From: a virus
Taxonomy: Duplodnaviria > Caudoviricetes
DNA length: 55,186 nucleotides
IMG/VR virus record: IMGVR_UViG_3300037587_000342
Coordinates: 1-55,186 of that record
Reading direction: 5' to 3' (one strand)
Position numbers and translations under genes: made by a program. Numbering within the stretch: position 1 is the stretch's first letter; every line of letters begins with the position of its first letter. Shown piece by piece: positions 1 through 8,613 of this stretch. The notes beneath the pieces are model-generated. The model was not told the DNA's origin. It saw nothing but the letters and a program-made list of their open reading frames with translations, and ran no database searches.

Positions 1-7
1 GGCCACG

Positions 8-835
8 ATGGTTGAGGTGTTCCGGGGGGTCCACCGAGTACTCCGAGCGGACGGGACGCTCTGGCTGAATCTGGGCGATTCGTACTGCGGGCAGCCGTCG
101 GCGTGCCAGAACCCCAGGAGTTTCCGGCGGGATCGGCTTGAGAGCCAAGTCATGGACAAGCGGGCGCCGGGGTTGAAGCCGAAGGACCTGTGCATGATTC
201 CGGCGCACGTGGCAATGGCGCTGCGAGACGATGGCTGGTGGCTACGCGACTGCATCATCTGGCACAAGCCGAACCCCATGCCCGAGAGCGTGACCGACAG
301 AACCACGAGGGCGCACGAGTTCATCTTCCTTCTGAGTAAATCGGCTCGCTACTTCTACGATCAGGAGGCGATCCGGGAGCGCCAAGTCGCGCCCGAGGCG
401 AGTACCCCGGAGGACCTGCGGCGCGCCCACAACTCGCGGCGTGAGCAAACTCCGAATCCCCGCCAGGACCGCATCCCGAGCGGCTGGGAGACAGAAGGCG
501 GCAACCACCGGGACAAGAAGGGGCGGTACGCGAAGGCCCGCGACCCGAAGAAGCGGCGCACCGGCAAGCACTCTGTTCGGCCTGGGGTGGACACGAAGGG
601 CGGGAAGCAGGGCCGCGGCGAGGACATGCAACCCGAGAACGGTCTGCGCAACAAGCGCAGCGTGTGGACGATCCCGACCCAACCGTATCCCGTCGCCGGC
701 AGTGGCACTACGCTGCTGGTGGCGATCGACCACCAGCGGAGCGCCATCGGAATCGAGCTCAGTTCCGAGTACGCGGAGATGGCTCGGCAACGGCTGCGCG
801 AGCGGAACCCGCTATTCGCCAAGGAGATCCCGTAG
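8..835 (+). CDS. N4-C/N6-A DNA methyltransferase (beta class), 5'-truncated, with an apparent internal deletion before motif I
   Basis: WLNLGDSY, IIWHKPNPMPES, HEFIFLLSK, RNKRSVWTI and GSGTT..IGIEL are present; the usual HFATFP...VLDPF block is absent. Confidence 0.85.
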   Translation: MVEVFRGVHRVLRADGTLWLNLGDSYCGQPSACQNPRSFRRDRLESQVMDKRAPGLKPKDLCMIPAHVAMALRDDGWWLRDCIIWHKPNPMPESVTDRTTRAHEFIFLLSKSARYFYDQEAIRERQVAPEASTPEDLRRAHNSRREQTPNPRQDRIPSGWETEGGNHRDKKGRYAKARDPKKRRTGKHSVRPGVDTKGGKQGRGEDMQPENGLRNKRSVWTIPTQPYPVAGSGTTLLVAIDHQRSAIGIELSSEYAEMARQRLRERNPLFAKEIP

Positions 836-2178
836 TGCGCTACCTCTCGGTGTGCAGTGGGATCGAGGCAGCCAGCTGTGCGTGGCGCCCACTCGGGTGG
901 GAGCCGATCGCATTCAGCGAGATCGAGAAGTATCCCTCAGCGATGCTGGCGCACCACTACCTAGGCGTGCCGAATCACGGGGATCTGAGGCGCTACAAGG
1001 AGTGGCCTGATGTCGGAGCAGTTGACGTTCTTGTCGGGGGAACCCCCTGTCAATCCTTCAGCGTTGCCGGACTCCGAAAGGGCATGGACGATCCTCGTGG
1101 AAAGTTGGTCCTCACGTTTCTTGGACTTGTTGATCGCACACGGCCCCGGTGGGTGGTCTGGGAGAACGTCCCCGGCGTCCTGTCATCCAACGGCGGACGG
1201 GACTTTGGTTCCCTCCTCGGGGCATTGGGCGAACTCGGGTATGGGTGGGCCTACCGAGTGCTGGACGCTCAGTATTGGGGACTGGCCCAGCGACGGAAGC
1301 GTGTGTTCGTTGCCGGCTATCTTGGAAGTTGGACCCGTGCCGCGGCGGTACTATTTGAGCGCGCGGGCCTGCGCGGGGATCCTCCGCCGAGCCGCGAAGC
1401 GGGGGAAGAAGCTGCCGGAACCCTTACGGCTCGCACTGGAGGCGGTAGTGGCCCAGAGGGACCAGATTCGGCCGCCGTCGGGCACCTCATCGCCGGACAG
1501 TGCCAAGGCAGCAACGTAGGCGAGCCTGGAACCCTGAAGGGCGACGGTGTCACCTCGGGCATTCCCTTCGTGGCGATGTCGCTGACTGCAAAAGGCGACA
1601 GTGGCCGGATGGACGCGGAGAGCGAGACGCTGATCACGCATCCGCTCAAAGGTGAGGGGTTCGATGCCAGTGAGGACGGGACTGGGCGCGGGACGCCGCT
1701 CGTGGCTGGCGCGCTTCAGGCCGGCGGGAAGACGGCGGGCAGCGCCACGACGCAGGATGCGATGTCAGGCTTACTGGTGCCCTACCGGAAGGTCCACCGA
1801 GCTCACGACGCCGATGACGGAGAGACGTGGGACCGAGCAGATGTTGCGAACACCCTGAATCCCCACGATGTTGGGGAACGGGACACTCACGCGATCGCCT
1901 TCCACAACCGCCAGGACCCGAATGTGTCAGGCGATGTGACGCCCCCGCTCGGCGCCGCAGACAAGGGGCTCGGCGTGCTGTACGACGGGGTGCGCCGGCT
2001 CACGCCGCTCGAGTGCGAGCGCCTGCAGGGGTTTCCGGACGGCTACACGCTGATCGAATACCGGGGGAAGCCGGCGAAGGATGGTCCCCGCTACCGCGCG
2101 CTCGGCAACTCCATGGGGGTACCGGTGATGCGGTGGCTCGGGAAGCGGATTGGGTTGGTGGAGACGCTGTGCGCATAG
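835..2178 (+). CDS. DNA cytosine-5 methyltransferase
   Basis: GTG start overlaps upstream stop; SVCSGIEA (I), GGTPCQSFS (IV), WENVPG (VI), QRRKRVF (VIII), RRLTPLECERLQGFP (IX), GNS (X). Confidence 0.95.
   Translation: MRYLSVCSGIEAASCAWRPLGWEPIAFSEIEKYPSAMLAHHYLGVPNHGDLRRYKEWPDVGAVDVLVGGTPCQSFSVAGLRKGMDDPRGKLVLTFLGLVDRTRPRWVVWENVPGVLSSNGGRDFGSLLGALGELGYGWAYRVLDAQYWGLAQRRKRVFVAGYLGSWTRAAAVLFERAGLRGDPPPSREAGEEAAGTLTARTGGGSGPEGPDSAAVGHLIAGQCQGSNVGEPGTLKGDGVTSGIPFVAMSLTAKGDSGRMDAESETLITHPLKGEGFDASEDGTGRGTPLVAGALQAGGKTAGSATTQDAMSGLLVPYRKVHRAHDADDGETWDRADVANTLNPHDVGERDTHAIAFHNRQDPNVSGDVTPPLGAADKGLGVLYDGVRRLTPLECERLQGFPDGYTLIEYRGKPAKDGPRYRALGNSMGVPVMRWLGKRIGLVETLCA
1010..1519 (+). CDS. Nested alternative-frame ORF, putative C5-methyltransferase partner (beta-like) peptide
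   Basis: AAGGAG 7 nt before ATG; SLPAILEVGPVPRRYYLSARACAGILRRA resembles a C5-MTase variable-region segment. Confidence 0.65.
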   Translation: MSEQLTFLSGEPPVNPSALPDSERAWTILVESWSSRFLDLLIAHGPGGWSGRTSPASCHPTADGTLVPSSGHWANSGMGGPTECWTLSIGDWPSDGSVCSLPAILEVGPVPRRYYLSARACAGILRRAAKRGKKLPEPLRLALEAVVAQRDQIRPPSGTSSPDSAKAAT

Positions 2179-2411
2179 CCAAGGGCTTCTGCACGATCTG
2201 CGGCCGGGACCGGCACCCGATCAAGATCGCGACGCAGCACAACATCTCGAACACGATCCTGGTGCCGCACTGCATCGACAACACGCTCTGCACGGAGACG
2301 GCGAGGCGCGCGGCGGCTGGGGAAAACGTGGTGCTGAAGACGCCGGACTCCTCTGAGGATCAGTACGATGGGGATGTGGAAAACTCGGGGGAAGGGTTCG
2401 AGGACTTCTGA
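2169..2411 (+). CDS. Hypothetical Cys-containing protein
   Basis: GTG start overlapping MTase end; CTIC; stop overlaps next ATG. Confidence 0.6.
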   Translation: MRIAKGFCTICGRDRHPIKIATQHNISNTILVPHCIDNTLCTETARRAAAGENVVLKTPDSSEDQYDGDVENSGEGFEDF

Positions 2412-2944
2412 TGCCGCGTCCCACGAAGCTGACGATGGAGCGCCAGATCGCCATTGTGGAGTGGATCCGCAAGGGCGCCTTCAACCACATCGCGGCGGAG
2501 GCGAACAGCATCACGAGCCGTACTTTCGACAACTGGATGCGGCGCGGACGTAACGCCATGCTGGAACTGGAGAAAGAGAACGGGAGCATCAGGGCTCGCG
2601 AGTACCGGTACCTCGCGTTCTTTCTGTCCGTTCGCAAGGCGCACGCAGAGTGTCGCGCAGAAGCTGAGCACCAAGTCCTGATGACAGATCCCCGCACGTG
2701 GTTACGCGCAGGGCCGGGTCGCCCGAAGCCCGATCTGGAAGGCTGGATGGAGCCGCGCCGAGTTGAGATCACGGGGAAGGACGGAGAGCCCGTCAAGGTG
2801 GAGCACGTGTTGGCCGACGCGCTGCAGGAGTTGGAGCACGAGGAGTTGGCTGAGGCCGAGTTCGCGGTGGTGGAGGAGCCCCCGAAGTTGCCGGCGCCGA
2901 AGAAGAACGGCGTCATTGAGCCGGCGGAGGAGTTCGACGGATGA
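2411..2944 (+). CDS. terS: Terminase small subunit (putative)
   Basis: N-terminal PRPTKLT plus HTH (AAEANSITSRTFDNW) and C-terminal VEITGKDGEPV, typical of TerS. Confidence 0.75.
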   Translation: MPRPTKLTMERQIAIVEWIRKGAFNHIAAEANSITSRTFDNWMRRGRNAMLELEKENGSIRAREYRYLAFFLSVRKAHAECRAEAEHQVLMTDPRTWLRAGPGRPKPDLEGWMEPRRVEITGKDGEPVKVEHVLADALQELEHEELAEAEFAVVEEPPKLPAPKKNGVIEPAEEFDG

Positions 2945-3249
2945 AGCCTGCACTGATCGAGCGCGAGCAGATGGATTTCGGCATGGTGACGACGAAGTCG
3001 CCATCGCTCCCGAAACAGCACCTCGGGCAGAAGCCCAAGGGCATGTGGGACGACGGAGGGATGTTCACGGTGCGGAAGGGGTTCGCGTACGCGCACCACG
3101 GAGAGGGCAAGGTCATTCTGGGCAGTGCTCGGTGCCAACTCACGCTGTACCAGGCCTACGCGAATCGCCACAAGCTCGTGGAGGCTGCCGAGATCAAGTG
3201 GCGCTACGAAGTGCAGCGGCAGACGATGATGGCGGCGGCCCGTGGCTGA
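2941..3249 (+). CDS. Hypothetical protein
   Basis: ATGA overlap with upstream gene. Confidence 0.65.
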   Translation: MKPALIEREQMDFGMVTTKSPSLPKQHLGQKPKGMWDDGGMFTVRKGFAYAHHGEGKVILGSARCQLTLYQAYANRHKLVEAAEIKWRYEVQRQTMMAAARG

Positions 3250-3439
3250 TCTGACCGTCTCGCTGCGTGGCTACGTGATCGTGCCGGCGCCGACGAATCC
3301 AGTCCTGCATCTCCGCAGTCGTAAGTTCCGGGACGAGACGCTGTGCGGACTAGGGATCTCCGTGAAGCGGCCGACGGACGAGCAGTTGGACTGGCGGATC
3401 TGCGAACGCTGCGAGAAACGGTGGCGCGATGGCCGCTGA
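3242..3439 (+). CDS. Small Zn-finger-like protein
   Basis: H..TLCG..CERC pattern; coupled overlap. Confidence 0.6.
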   Translation: MADLTVSLRGYVIVPAPTNPVLHLRSRKFRDETLCGLGISVKRPTDEQLDWRICERCEKRWRDGR

Positions 3440-3644
3440 GGAACCGAAGAGGATCATGTCCGTACTGAAGGGCTTGGAGACCTACGTGGACTGCCCCAAG
3501 TGCGGGGAGCCGATGGCGGTCAACGGGGTGGTGGATCTGGGGCATGCGTATTTGACGGTGCGCTGCAGCCCGTGCGGGTATGCTGCGCGCTACATGCGAG
3601 AACCAACTTCTACCGGGAGGGAAGGAAGCGATGCTGATAGATGA
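3429..3644 (+). CDS. Small Zn-ribbon protein
   Basis: CPKC and CSPC. Confidence 0.65.
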   Translation: MAAEEPKRIMSVLKGLETYVDCPKCGEPMAVNGVVDLGHAYLTVRCSPCGYAARYMREPTSTGREGSDADR

Positions 3645-4128
3645 GTACCTGAGAGCCAGGATCGAGGCCGTAAAGGCCCAGCTGGAGCGCGAGGGCTACC
3701 AGCCCGAATCTGAAGAGGTGAAGCCCGTTGGCCCAGATGTGCCGGTGGACTTCCGGGAGTCGCGCCCCGTGTTCGTGCCCGTGATGGGCAGCCAGCTTGA
3801 GGCGCTGTGCGATGTCGCGAAGGCGGCGCGCGAGCACTGGAACTACTCGGGCGAGTGCTCCAGCGGCGATATCACCGGCTGCGACCTGTGTGAGGCGATG
3901 GCGAAGCTCGAGGATCCGAACCTGCCGGAGCCTGAGGTTCGGAAGCCTGCCGAAGTGAAGCCCGGCAAGCCAGAACGCCGCACCTACTCAAAATCTCTAC
4001 TTGAGGCCGACATGAGGGTGACGATCGGCGAGCCAGAGGATGACGGTCGTATCCGCATGACCATCGACTCGATCGATCCCGGCGTTCATGCGGTGCTGGT
4101 CGCGAACGGCTGGGCGCTGGAGCAGTGA
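3631..4128 (+). CDS. Hypothetical protein
   Basis: Purine-rich RBS before ATG 3631; coupled to the next gene. Confidence 0.7.
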   Translation: MLIDEYLRARIEAVKAQLEREGYQPESEEVKPVGPDVPVDFRESRPVFVPVMGSQLEALCDVAKAAREHWNYSGECSSGDITGCDLCEAMAKLEDPNLPEPEVRKPAEVKPGKPERRTYSKSLLEADMRVTIGEPEDDGRIRMTIDSIDPGVHAVLVANGWALEQ

Positions 4129-4307
4129 CCGATCTCGCAGACAGGTTCGAGCGGGACGAGAATCCCGATCTGAGCGAGAAGGAACTGCGCGAGGCCGTCG
4201 CCCAGACGCGCCGCAGCCAAGCTGCCCTCGGTAATTGGCGGGAGCGGATAGCGACGATGCGCGCGAAGTGGGCGGCCGAGGACGCGCGGAAGGCTGCCGA
4301 TGCCTGA
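4125..4307 (+). CDS. Hypothetical helical protein
   Basis: GTGA overlap; GGAG RBS. Confidence 0.6.
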   Translation: MTDLADRFERDENPDLSEKELREAVAQTRRSQAALGNWRERIATMRAKWAAEDARKAADA

Positions 4308-4725
4308 CCCTCGTCGCATCCACGTCAAGGTAGGTGGCCGCATTCAGGAGGTCGACCTGCCGGCTAGGCCGTTCATCTGGGGCATGGCCGACTACTACGA
4401 CAGGCAGCGGCCGTGGTGGAAGCGGCGGCGCTGGCACTGGCTCCGCAAGCTACTCCGAACGGTGTGGCACCACGGATGGGGTGCGGTGTGGTTCCCGGTC
4501 AGGTGGACCGTGCGGCTGCAGCACTCAGACGATGGCGTGACGTGGGGGACGTTGGACCACAAGCGGCGCGTGCGGGCCGTGCCCTACCGTGCGTCCATGT
4601 TCGTCGAGCCCGGCGCGCTGGAGCGGTCCATGATCGTCAAGCGGACCAGCGACGGCATCGCCATAGGCACGGCCACCAAGTACGCGAGGCTGCACGCGAA
4701 GACGGGAGGAGAGCAGGATGCCTGA
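4300..4725 (+). CDS. Trp/Arg-rich protein with a C-terminal decoration-protein-like segment
   Basis: VRLQHSDDGVTW...KYARLHAKTGG resembles the 18948..19361 product. Confidence 0.6.
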   Translation: MPDPRRIHVKVGGRIQEVDLPARPFIWGMADYYDRQRPWWKRRRWHWLRKLLRTVWHHGWGAVWFPVRWTVRLQHSDDGVTWGTLDHKRRVRAVPYRASMFVEPGALERSMIVKRTSDGIAIGTATKYARLHAKTGGEQDA

Positions 4726-4957
4726 GCCGGCCCCCCACGAATGCACGTGCGGCTGCGTCCTGGTCCTCACAGACGGCCAGCACAACGAGGGCTGCTGCTG
4801 CCGCGTGAAGGCCGAGCCCGTCTGCCACGACACGCCGATGACGTGGTGGGAGTTGGTGAACGATTGGGTGTGCGACCCGTGCGGCCGGGTCGGAGTCGCG
4901 TCCGACTGTACGTGCGGCTGTCCGAAACCTGAGCCGACGGGAGGTTCCGATGCCTGA
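4718..4957 (+). CDS. Cys-rich small protein
   Basis: Many Cys in 79 aa; 8-nt overlaps on both sides. Confidence 0.6.
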   Translation: MPEPAPHECTCGCVLVLTDGQHNEGCCCRVKAEPVCHDTPMTWWELVNDWVCDPCGRVGVASDCTCGCPKPEPTGGSDA

Positions 4958-5360
4958 GCCCGTCCCAGCGGACCAGAAGCAGGCGTACACGTGTAGCTTC
5001 TGCGGCCGAGAGTACGAGAAGACCCGCAGCGACGTTGAGGCGATGGCCGAGGCTATCGAGCGATTCGGCGTTGCCGAGATGGCGGACGACCCGGCAATTG
5101 TGTGCGACGACTGCTACCGCGCCACGAAGGCCATGAGCGATGCAGGCGTATGGAGCAAGCAGGCGGCGCTGAACGCCAGCGAGCAGATTCGCGAAGCGGT
5201 TGAAGCTGCCCACACAGACCAGCGGGAGCGGGACGCGAAGATCGTCACCGCTCCTCACGCACTGACCAAAAGCGGTGGCTCGGTCACAGCGAAAGGCGTG
5301 GCCGTGATCCTCGCGGACAAGGCCCGCGCCATCCGGAGGGGCGATGGCAACCCGCGCTAG
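4950..5360 (+). CDS. Zn-binding hypothetical protein
   Basis: CSFC..CDDC; GGAGG RBS. Confidence 0.7.
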   Translation: MPEPVPADQKQAYTCSFCGREYEKTRSDVEAMAEAIERFGVAEMADDPAIVCDDCYRATKAMSDAGVWSKQAALNASEQIREAVEAAHTDQRERDAKIVTAPHALTKSGGSVTAKGVAVILADKARAIRRGDGNPR

Positions 5361-5604
5361 CATCACAGTCCGGCGCGGTGAGGAATCGTGGACGGTCAAG
5401 CTCGACCTGATGAAAAGGGAAAACAGATCACTCGCCCTGGCTGTCTGTGAGTGGGTGGGCACGTTCACCAAGGACTGGCCCACCGAGGAAATCAAGCTGC
5501 TGTGGTTGTACCTGAGCGAGCAACTACAGTGGCGAGACGAGCAGGACCGCGGAATCGCGAACATTGTCGTTGAGTTGCCGGCGAGAGGTGGTGCCAGTGC
5601 CTGA
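5344..5604 (+). CDS. Hypothetical protein
   Basis: GGAGG RBS; coupled. Confidence 0.65.
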   Translation: MATRASITVRRGEESWTVKLDLMKRENRSLALAVCEWVGTFTKDWPTEEIKLLWLYLSEQLQWRDEQDRGIANIVVELPARGGASA

Positions 5605-5995
5605 CCCCAACTACCAGACGACCCCTGAGCAGCTGCACGACGCGCTCGAGGAAGAGAGCGGCGTGACCGAGGAGCAGCGCGCGGAGAAGACGGCCGAGTT
5701 GCAGGGCCAGGTCAGTGCGCTGGAGCGGGAGGCGTGTGCAGTGTTGGCGAAGGTGGCACTGAAGGAGCGGGACGAGGCGAACGGCCGAGCGTTGCGCTAC
5801 AAATCCGAGCGGGACCAACTGCGGGAGCAGATGAGAGAGTATCTGGACGAGGCAATCACCAGTTGGCGCGCGATCCGCAATGACGAGAACCACGAGCACA
5901 AGGATCTCGCGCCCTACTACGTTGACGCCTTCCAGTCGGTGCGCGTTTCCATGCTCGGTACAATGCTGCCGAAAGAGGGAACGCCCGATGGCTGA
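5597..5995 (+). CDS. Coiled-coil hypothetical protein
   Basis: GAGGTG RBS; heptad-rich. Confidence 0.65.
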   Translation: MPDPNYQTTPEQLHDALEEESGVTEEQRAEKTAELQGQVSALEREACAVLAKVALKERDEANGRALRYKSERDQLREQMREYLDEAITSWRAIRNDENHEHKDLAPYYVDAFQSVRVSMLGTMLPKEGTPDG

Positions 5996-6209
5996 GAAGC
6001 GCCTGGTCGTGATCATCAGGGGCGACCACCGCTTCGCCTTCCGCTACACCCGCGGCAGCGAGGGCACGCTGCTCGCCGCGCTGCTCACGGCCACGCGCGA
6101 TCGCGACAACCCCCTCGAGTGGCGCGACATGCTGCCGGTGCTGGTGCGGCTGCGGGACTACATCCTCTCGAACAGCACCAAGCCCGTCGTGATCCGGCGC
6201 GAGACGTGA
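5988..6209 (+). CDS. Hypothetical protein
   Basis: GAGGG RBS; coupled. Confidence 0.6.
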   Translation: MAEKRLVVIIRGDHRFAFRYTRGSEGTLLAALLTATRDRDNPLEWRDMLPVLVRLRDYILSNSTKPVVIRRET

Positions 6210-6430
6210 CGGCGACCTACAAGCCCGGCGAGAAGGACCCGACCGCCATGCTCTGTGTGACGTGCCCCAGCTGCGGGGCCAAGCCGAGCGAGCCCTGTAC
6301 GAACTTCCGAACCGGAGAGCCCCTTGGAGCGATCCACTCACATGGACCCCGTGGTCGCGCCCTCTTCCGCCGAATGCATCCAGATCGCCATGAGGCCGCA
6401 CTGGCACCAGGAGCGTCCAATGACCTGTAG
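6206..6430 (+). CDS. Phage Zn-finger protein (CPxCGA..C..H)
   Basis: CPSCGAKPSEPC..H; similar pattern in 53359..53562. Confidence 0.65.
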   Translation: MTATYKPGEKDPTAMLCVTCPSCGAKPSEPCTNFRTGEPLGAIHSHGPRGRALFRRMHPDRHEAALAPGASNDL

Positions 6431-6677
6431 CTACCCAGGTTGCCAGGAGCCCGGATTCTACGCGGAGGCCGGCAGCGATCGCCGCTGGTGCATCAAGCAC
6501 CGCCCCAAGAACCCTCCGGCACCCTGCGACTTCATCGTGAAGAGCGACCCGGTCGAGCGGTGCGGCACCATGGAGGACACGATCTGGTTCCGGACCCCTG
6601 GGGGCGTGGAGTTGATCCGATGCCAAGAGCACCGGAAGGCGCAAGCACTGCTCGAGAAGCCAGAATACGGGTATTGA
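6420..6677 (+). CDS. Cys/His-rich small protein
   Basis: AGGAG RBS; two C..C..CxxH units. Confidence 0.65.
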   Translation: MTCSYPGCQEPGFYAEAGSDRRWCIKHRPKNPPAPCDFIVKSDPVERCGTMEDTIWFRTPGGVELIRCQEHRKAQALLEKPEYGY

Positions 6678-6700
6678 CTCGCTGGATCCCGCGCTAGAAT
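6674..6700 (+). promoter_or_regulatory. Sigma70-like promoter
   Basis: TTGACT-N15-TAGAAT in an intergenic gap; spacer is short. Confidence 0.45.
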
Positions 6701-6719
6701 CGGCGCACCGGGAGGAACG

Positions 6720-6911
6720 ATGGAAGAACTGCCAATCCACAAGGTCGAGTCGTGCGGCTGGAGCAAGCTGCCTGAGAAGCTGAACGACCTCAAGACCCTG
6801 GAGTTCTACCGACTCCACACGGTCACCGAGGTCGCAGACGGCAGCAGCACGCTCTACACGCTGATCTGGGAACTCCGCGAGGTGCGGGACCCGGACGCGC
6901 CGACCGACTGA
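6720..6911 (+). CDS. Hypothetical protein
   Basis: GGGAGG RBS. Confidence 0.7.
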   Translation: MEELPIHKVESCGWSKLPEKLNDLKTLEFYRLHTVTEVADGSSTLYTLIWELREVRDPDAPTD

Positions 6912-7144
6912 TGCCCGACTATCAGGTCGAGATCTGCACCCCCGACGGGGTGCTCGAGAAGATGCTGATCGTCACGGCCAACTCGGTGGACTTCCCGCCG
7001 AGCGGCGGCATCTGCTTCACGCACAAGGACGTGTCCAAGATCACTGGGCAGAAGGACGTGAAGCTCGTGCTGGCGGTGGCGCCTGGTCGGTGGACGAAGG
7101 TGACGCCGCAGTCGGAGAACATGACGCTGGGGTCTACGTCGTGA
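6911..7144 (+). CDS. Hypothetical beta-rich protein
   Basis: TGATG coupling. Confidence 0.7.
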   Translation: MPDYQVEICTPDGVLEKMLIVTANSVDFPPSGGICFTHKDVSKITGQKDVKLVLAVAPGRWTKVTPQSENMTLGSTS

Positions 7145-7344
7145 CCCGCACTGTTCAAGAGCAGATACGCTGGCTCAACGAGGTCCACGACAAGATCGAC
7201 CGGGCCATCGGCGCCGAGTACTTCTGGATGCTGGCGTGCATCTGGACGGCCATCCTGCTCGTGCCGCTGCTGATCACCGTGCCGATGCTGTGGCGGAGCA
7301 ATCGCAGGATCGCTCGCCTGCAGGAGGAGGCTGATCGTGGCTGA
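7141..7344 (+). CDS. Small membrane protein
   Basis: One hydrophobic stretch FWMLACIWTAILLVPLLITVPML. Confidence 0.65.
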   Translation: MTRTVQEQIRWLNEVHDKIDRAIGAEYFWMLACIWTAILLVPLLITVPMLWRSNRRIARLQEEADRG

Positions 7345-7633
7345 CCCTCTCCGAAAGCTGGCGCGGGCGATCGCGATAGCGATTCACGGTCCAGACGTGA
7401 CCGACGATGAGTTGCGGACAGCGAGCAGCGATCTACGGCCGCTGATTGCGGCGCGTGCGGAGAGGCGACGACTCACCGAAGACCGGGTGGACGCCGCTCT
7501 CCGCGCCACCGTGCGGGACTGCGCGAAGGCTTGCGTGGACACATACGAGGGCGTGGAGGCAATCGGTGACCATCCGACGCCGGAGATGTGCGCCCGCAAA
7601 ATCCTCAAGCGGTACGACCTGGAGGCCGAGTGA
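7337..7633 (+). CDS. Hypothetical protein
   Basis: AGGAGG RBS. Confidence 0.7.
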   Translation: MADPLRKLARAIAIAIHGPDVTDDELRTASSDLRPLIAARAERRRLTEDRVDAALRATVRDCAKACVDTYEGVEAIGDHPTPEMCARKILKRYDLEAE

Positions 7634-7755
7634 CCCATCGCTGCCCTACCTGCCGCAACGTCATCTCCAAGGGGTCCGGCAAGAAGGCCCGCATCAGGGG
7701 GATCGACCGCCTGCACGCCCATGTCCAGCGCAAGCACCCCAAGGGCAAGCAGTGA
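7630..7755 (+). CDS. 41-aa C2H2-type Zn-finger microprotein (below ORF-track cutoff)
   Basis: MTHRCPTCRNVISKGSGKKARIRGIDRLHAHVQRKHPKGKQ; GGAGG RBS; GTGA overlaps at both ends. Confidence 0.65.
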   Translation: MTHRCPTCRNVISKGSGKKARIRGIDRLHAHVQRKHPKGKQ

Positions 7756-8024
7756 GCGAGCCCCGTGGTACCGTCGGCACGCTGGAGGAACGCGCTCGCG
7801 ATCTGTGCCCGTACATGGATGGGAGTCACGACCTAGACGACGGCGGGACGCGCAACCCGAAGTGCTGGTGCAAGGCGAACCTCAGAGCCCTCCGCGCCGT
7901 CGCGCTGGAGTGCGTGGAGGCGATCGAGAAGACCCGGCGTCATTGGGGTTGCGACGGTAATGCCGTCAGGGCGTGTCGAGAGGCAATCTCCGCCATCGTC
8001 AAGCGGTTCGGGCTGAGGGACTGA
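7752..8024 (+). CDS. Hypothetical protein
   Basis: Coupled; C-terminus resembles that of 7337..7633 (A.xC....I.KR.xL). Confidence 0.65.
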   Translation: MSEPRGTVGTLEERARDLCPYMDGSHDLDDGGTRNPKCWCKANLRALRAVALECVEAIEKTRRHWGCDGNAVRACREAISAIVKRFGLRD

Positions 8025-8212
8025 TGGCGTCGCGAGTAACCAACTGCGCGCGCTGCGGCGAGACGCACGACGCGATCGAGTGGCACGAGTTCCAGTGCCC
8101 CTGCATGGGCCGCACACACTGGTCGGCGTGCCCGACAACCGGCGAGCCGATCCTGATGATGATTGTTCGGGTGGACGCTGTAGACGCACCGTCACCTGAG
8201 GAGGCCACATGA
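8024..8212 (+). CDS. Small Cys-rich protein
   Basis: CARC, CPC, CPTTGEPI. Confidence 0.65.
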   Translation: MASRVTNCARCGETHDAIEWHEFQCPCMGRTHWSACPTTGEPILMMIVRVDAVDAPSPEEAT

Positions 8213-8613
8213 CCGAGAAGCAGGAAACCCCCCAGGCCAAGTTCGAGCGCGAGATGCCCGAGATGGCGGCCCGTGCCTCCAGGCTCGAGATGCAGGGCGT
8301 CCTGATCCTCGTGGCCCAGCTGCCGGCGGACACCATCACATCCGGTGGGATCGTGATCCCCGACAGCGCCAAGGAGCGGCCGAAGGAAGGGCTGGTGCTG
8401 GCGATCGGTGACGGAGCGCGCGAGGACGGGAAGATCATCGCGCTCCGGATGAAGGTGGGGGACCGGGTGTTCTTCCCGGCGAACAGCGGCAAGGCTGTGT
8501 GGCGGGAACTGGACGAACTCGTGGTGATGAACGCTGGGGCCGTGCTTGCTATCGTGAAGCCCGAGAAGGGCTACACAGAGGACTTCTTCAAGGGCAAGGA
8601 GGCAGGCGAATGA
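8209..8613 (+). CDS. groES: Co-chaperonin GroES (Cpn10)
   Basis: TSGGIVIPDSAKERP mobile loop, G.VLAIGDG, KVGDRV.F. Confidence 0.92.
   Translation: MTEKQETPQAKFEREMPEMAARASRLEMQGVLILVAQLPADTITSGGIVIPDSAKERPKEGLVLAIGDGAREDGKIIALRMKVGDRVFFPANSGKAVWRELDELVVMNAGAVLAIVKPEKGYTEDFFKGKEAGE

Noticed and set aside
664-834. ORF-track start of the C5 methyltransferase at 664
   Set aside because: Motif I begins at the GTG at 835, which overlaps the upstream stop; the extension looks non-protein-like.
4050-4100. MTIDSIDPG resembling the TMP C-terminal LTINAIDSG as another mimic
   Set aside because: Too short and low in identity to distinguish from chance.
4300-5604. Repeated (A/G)TGCCTGA at gene starts as a regulatory repeat
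   Set aside because: It is the standard 8-nt start/stop overlap of coupled genes.
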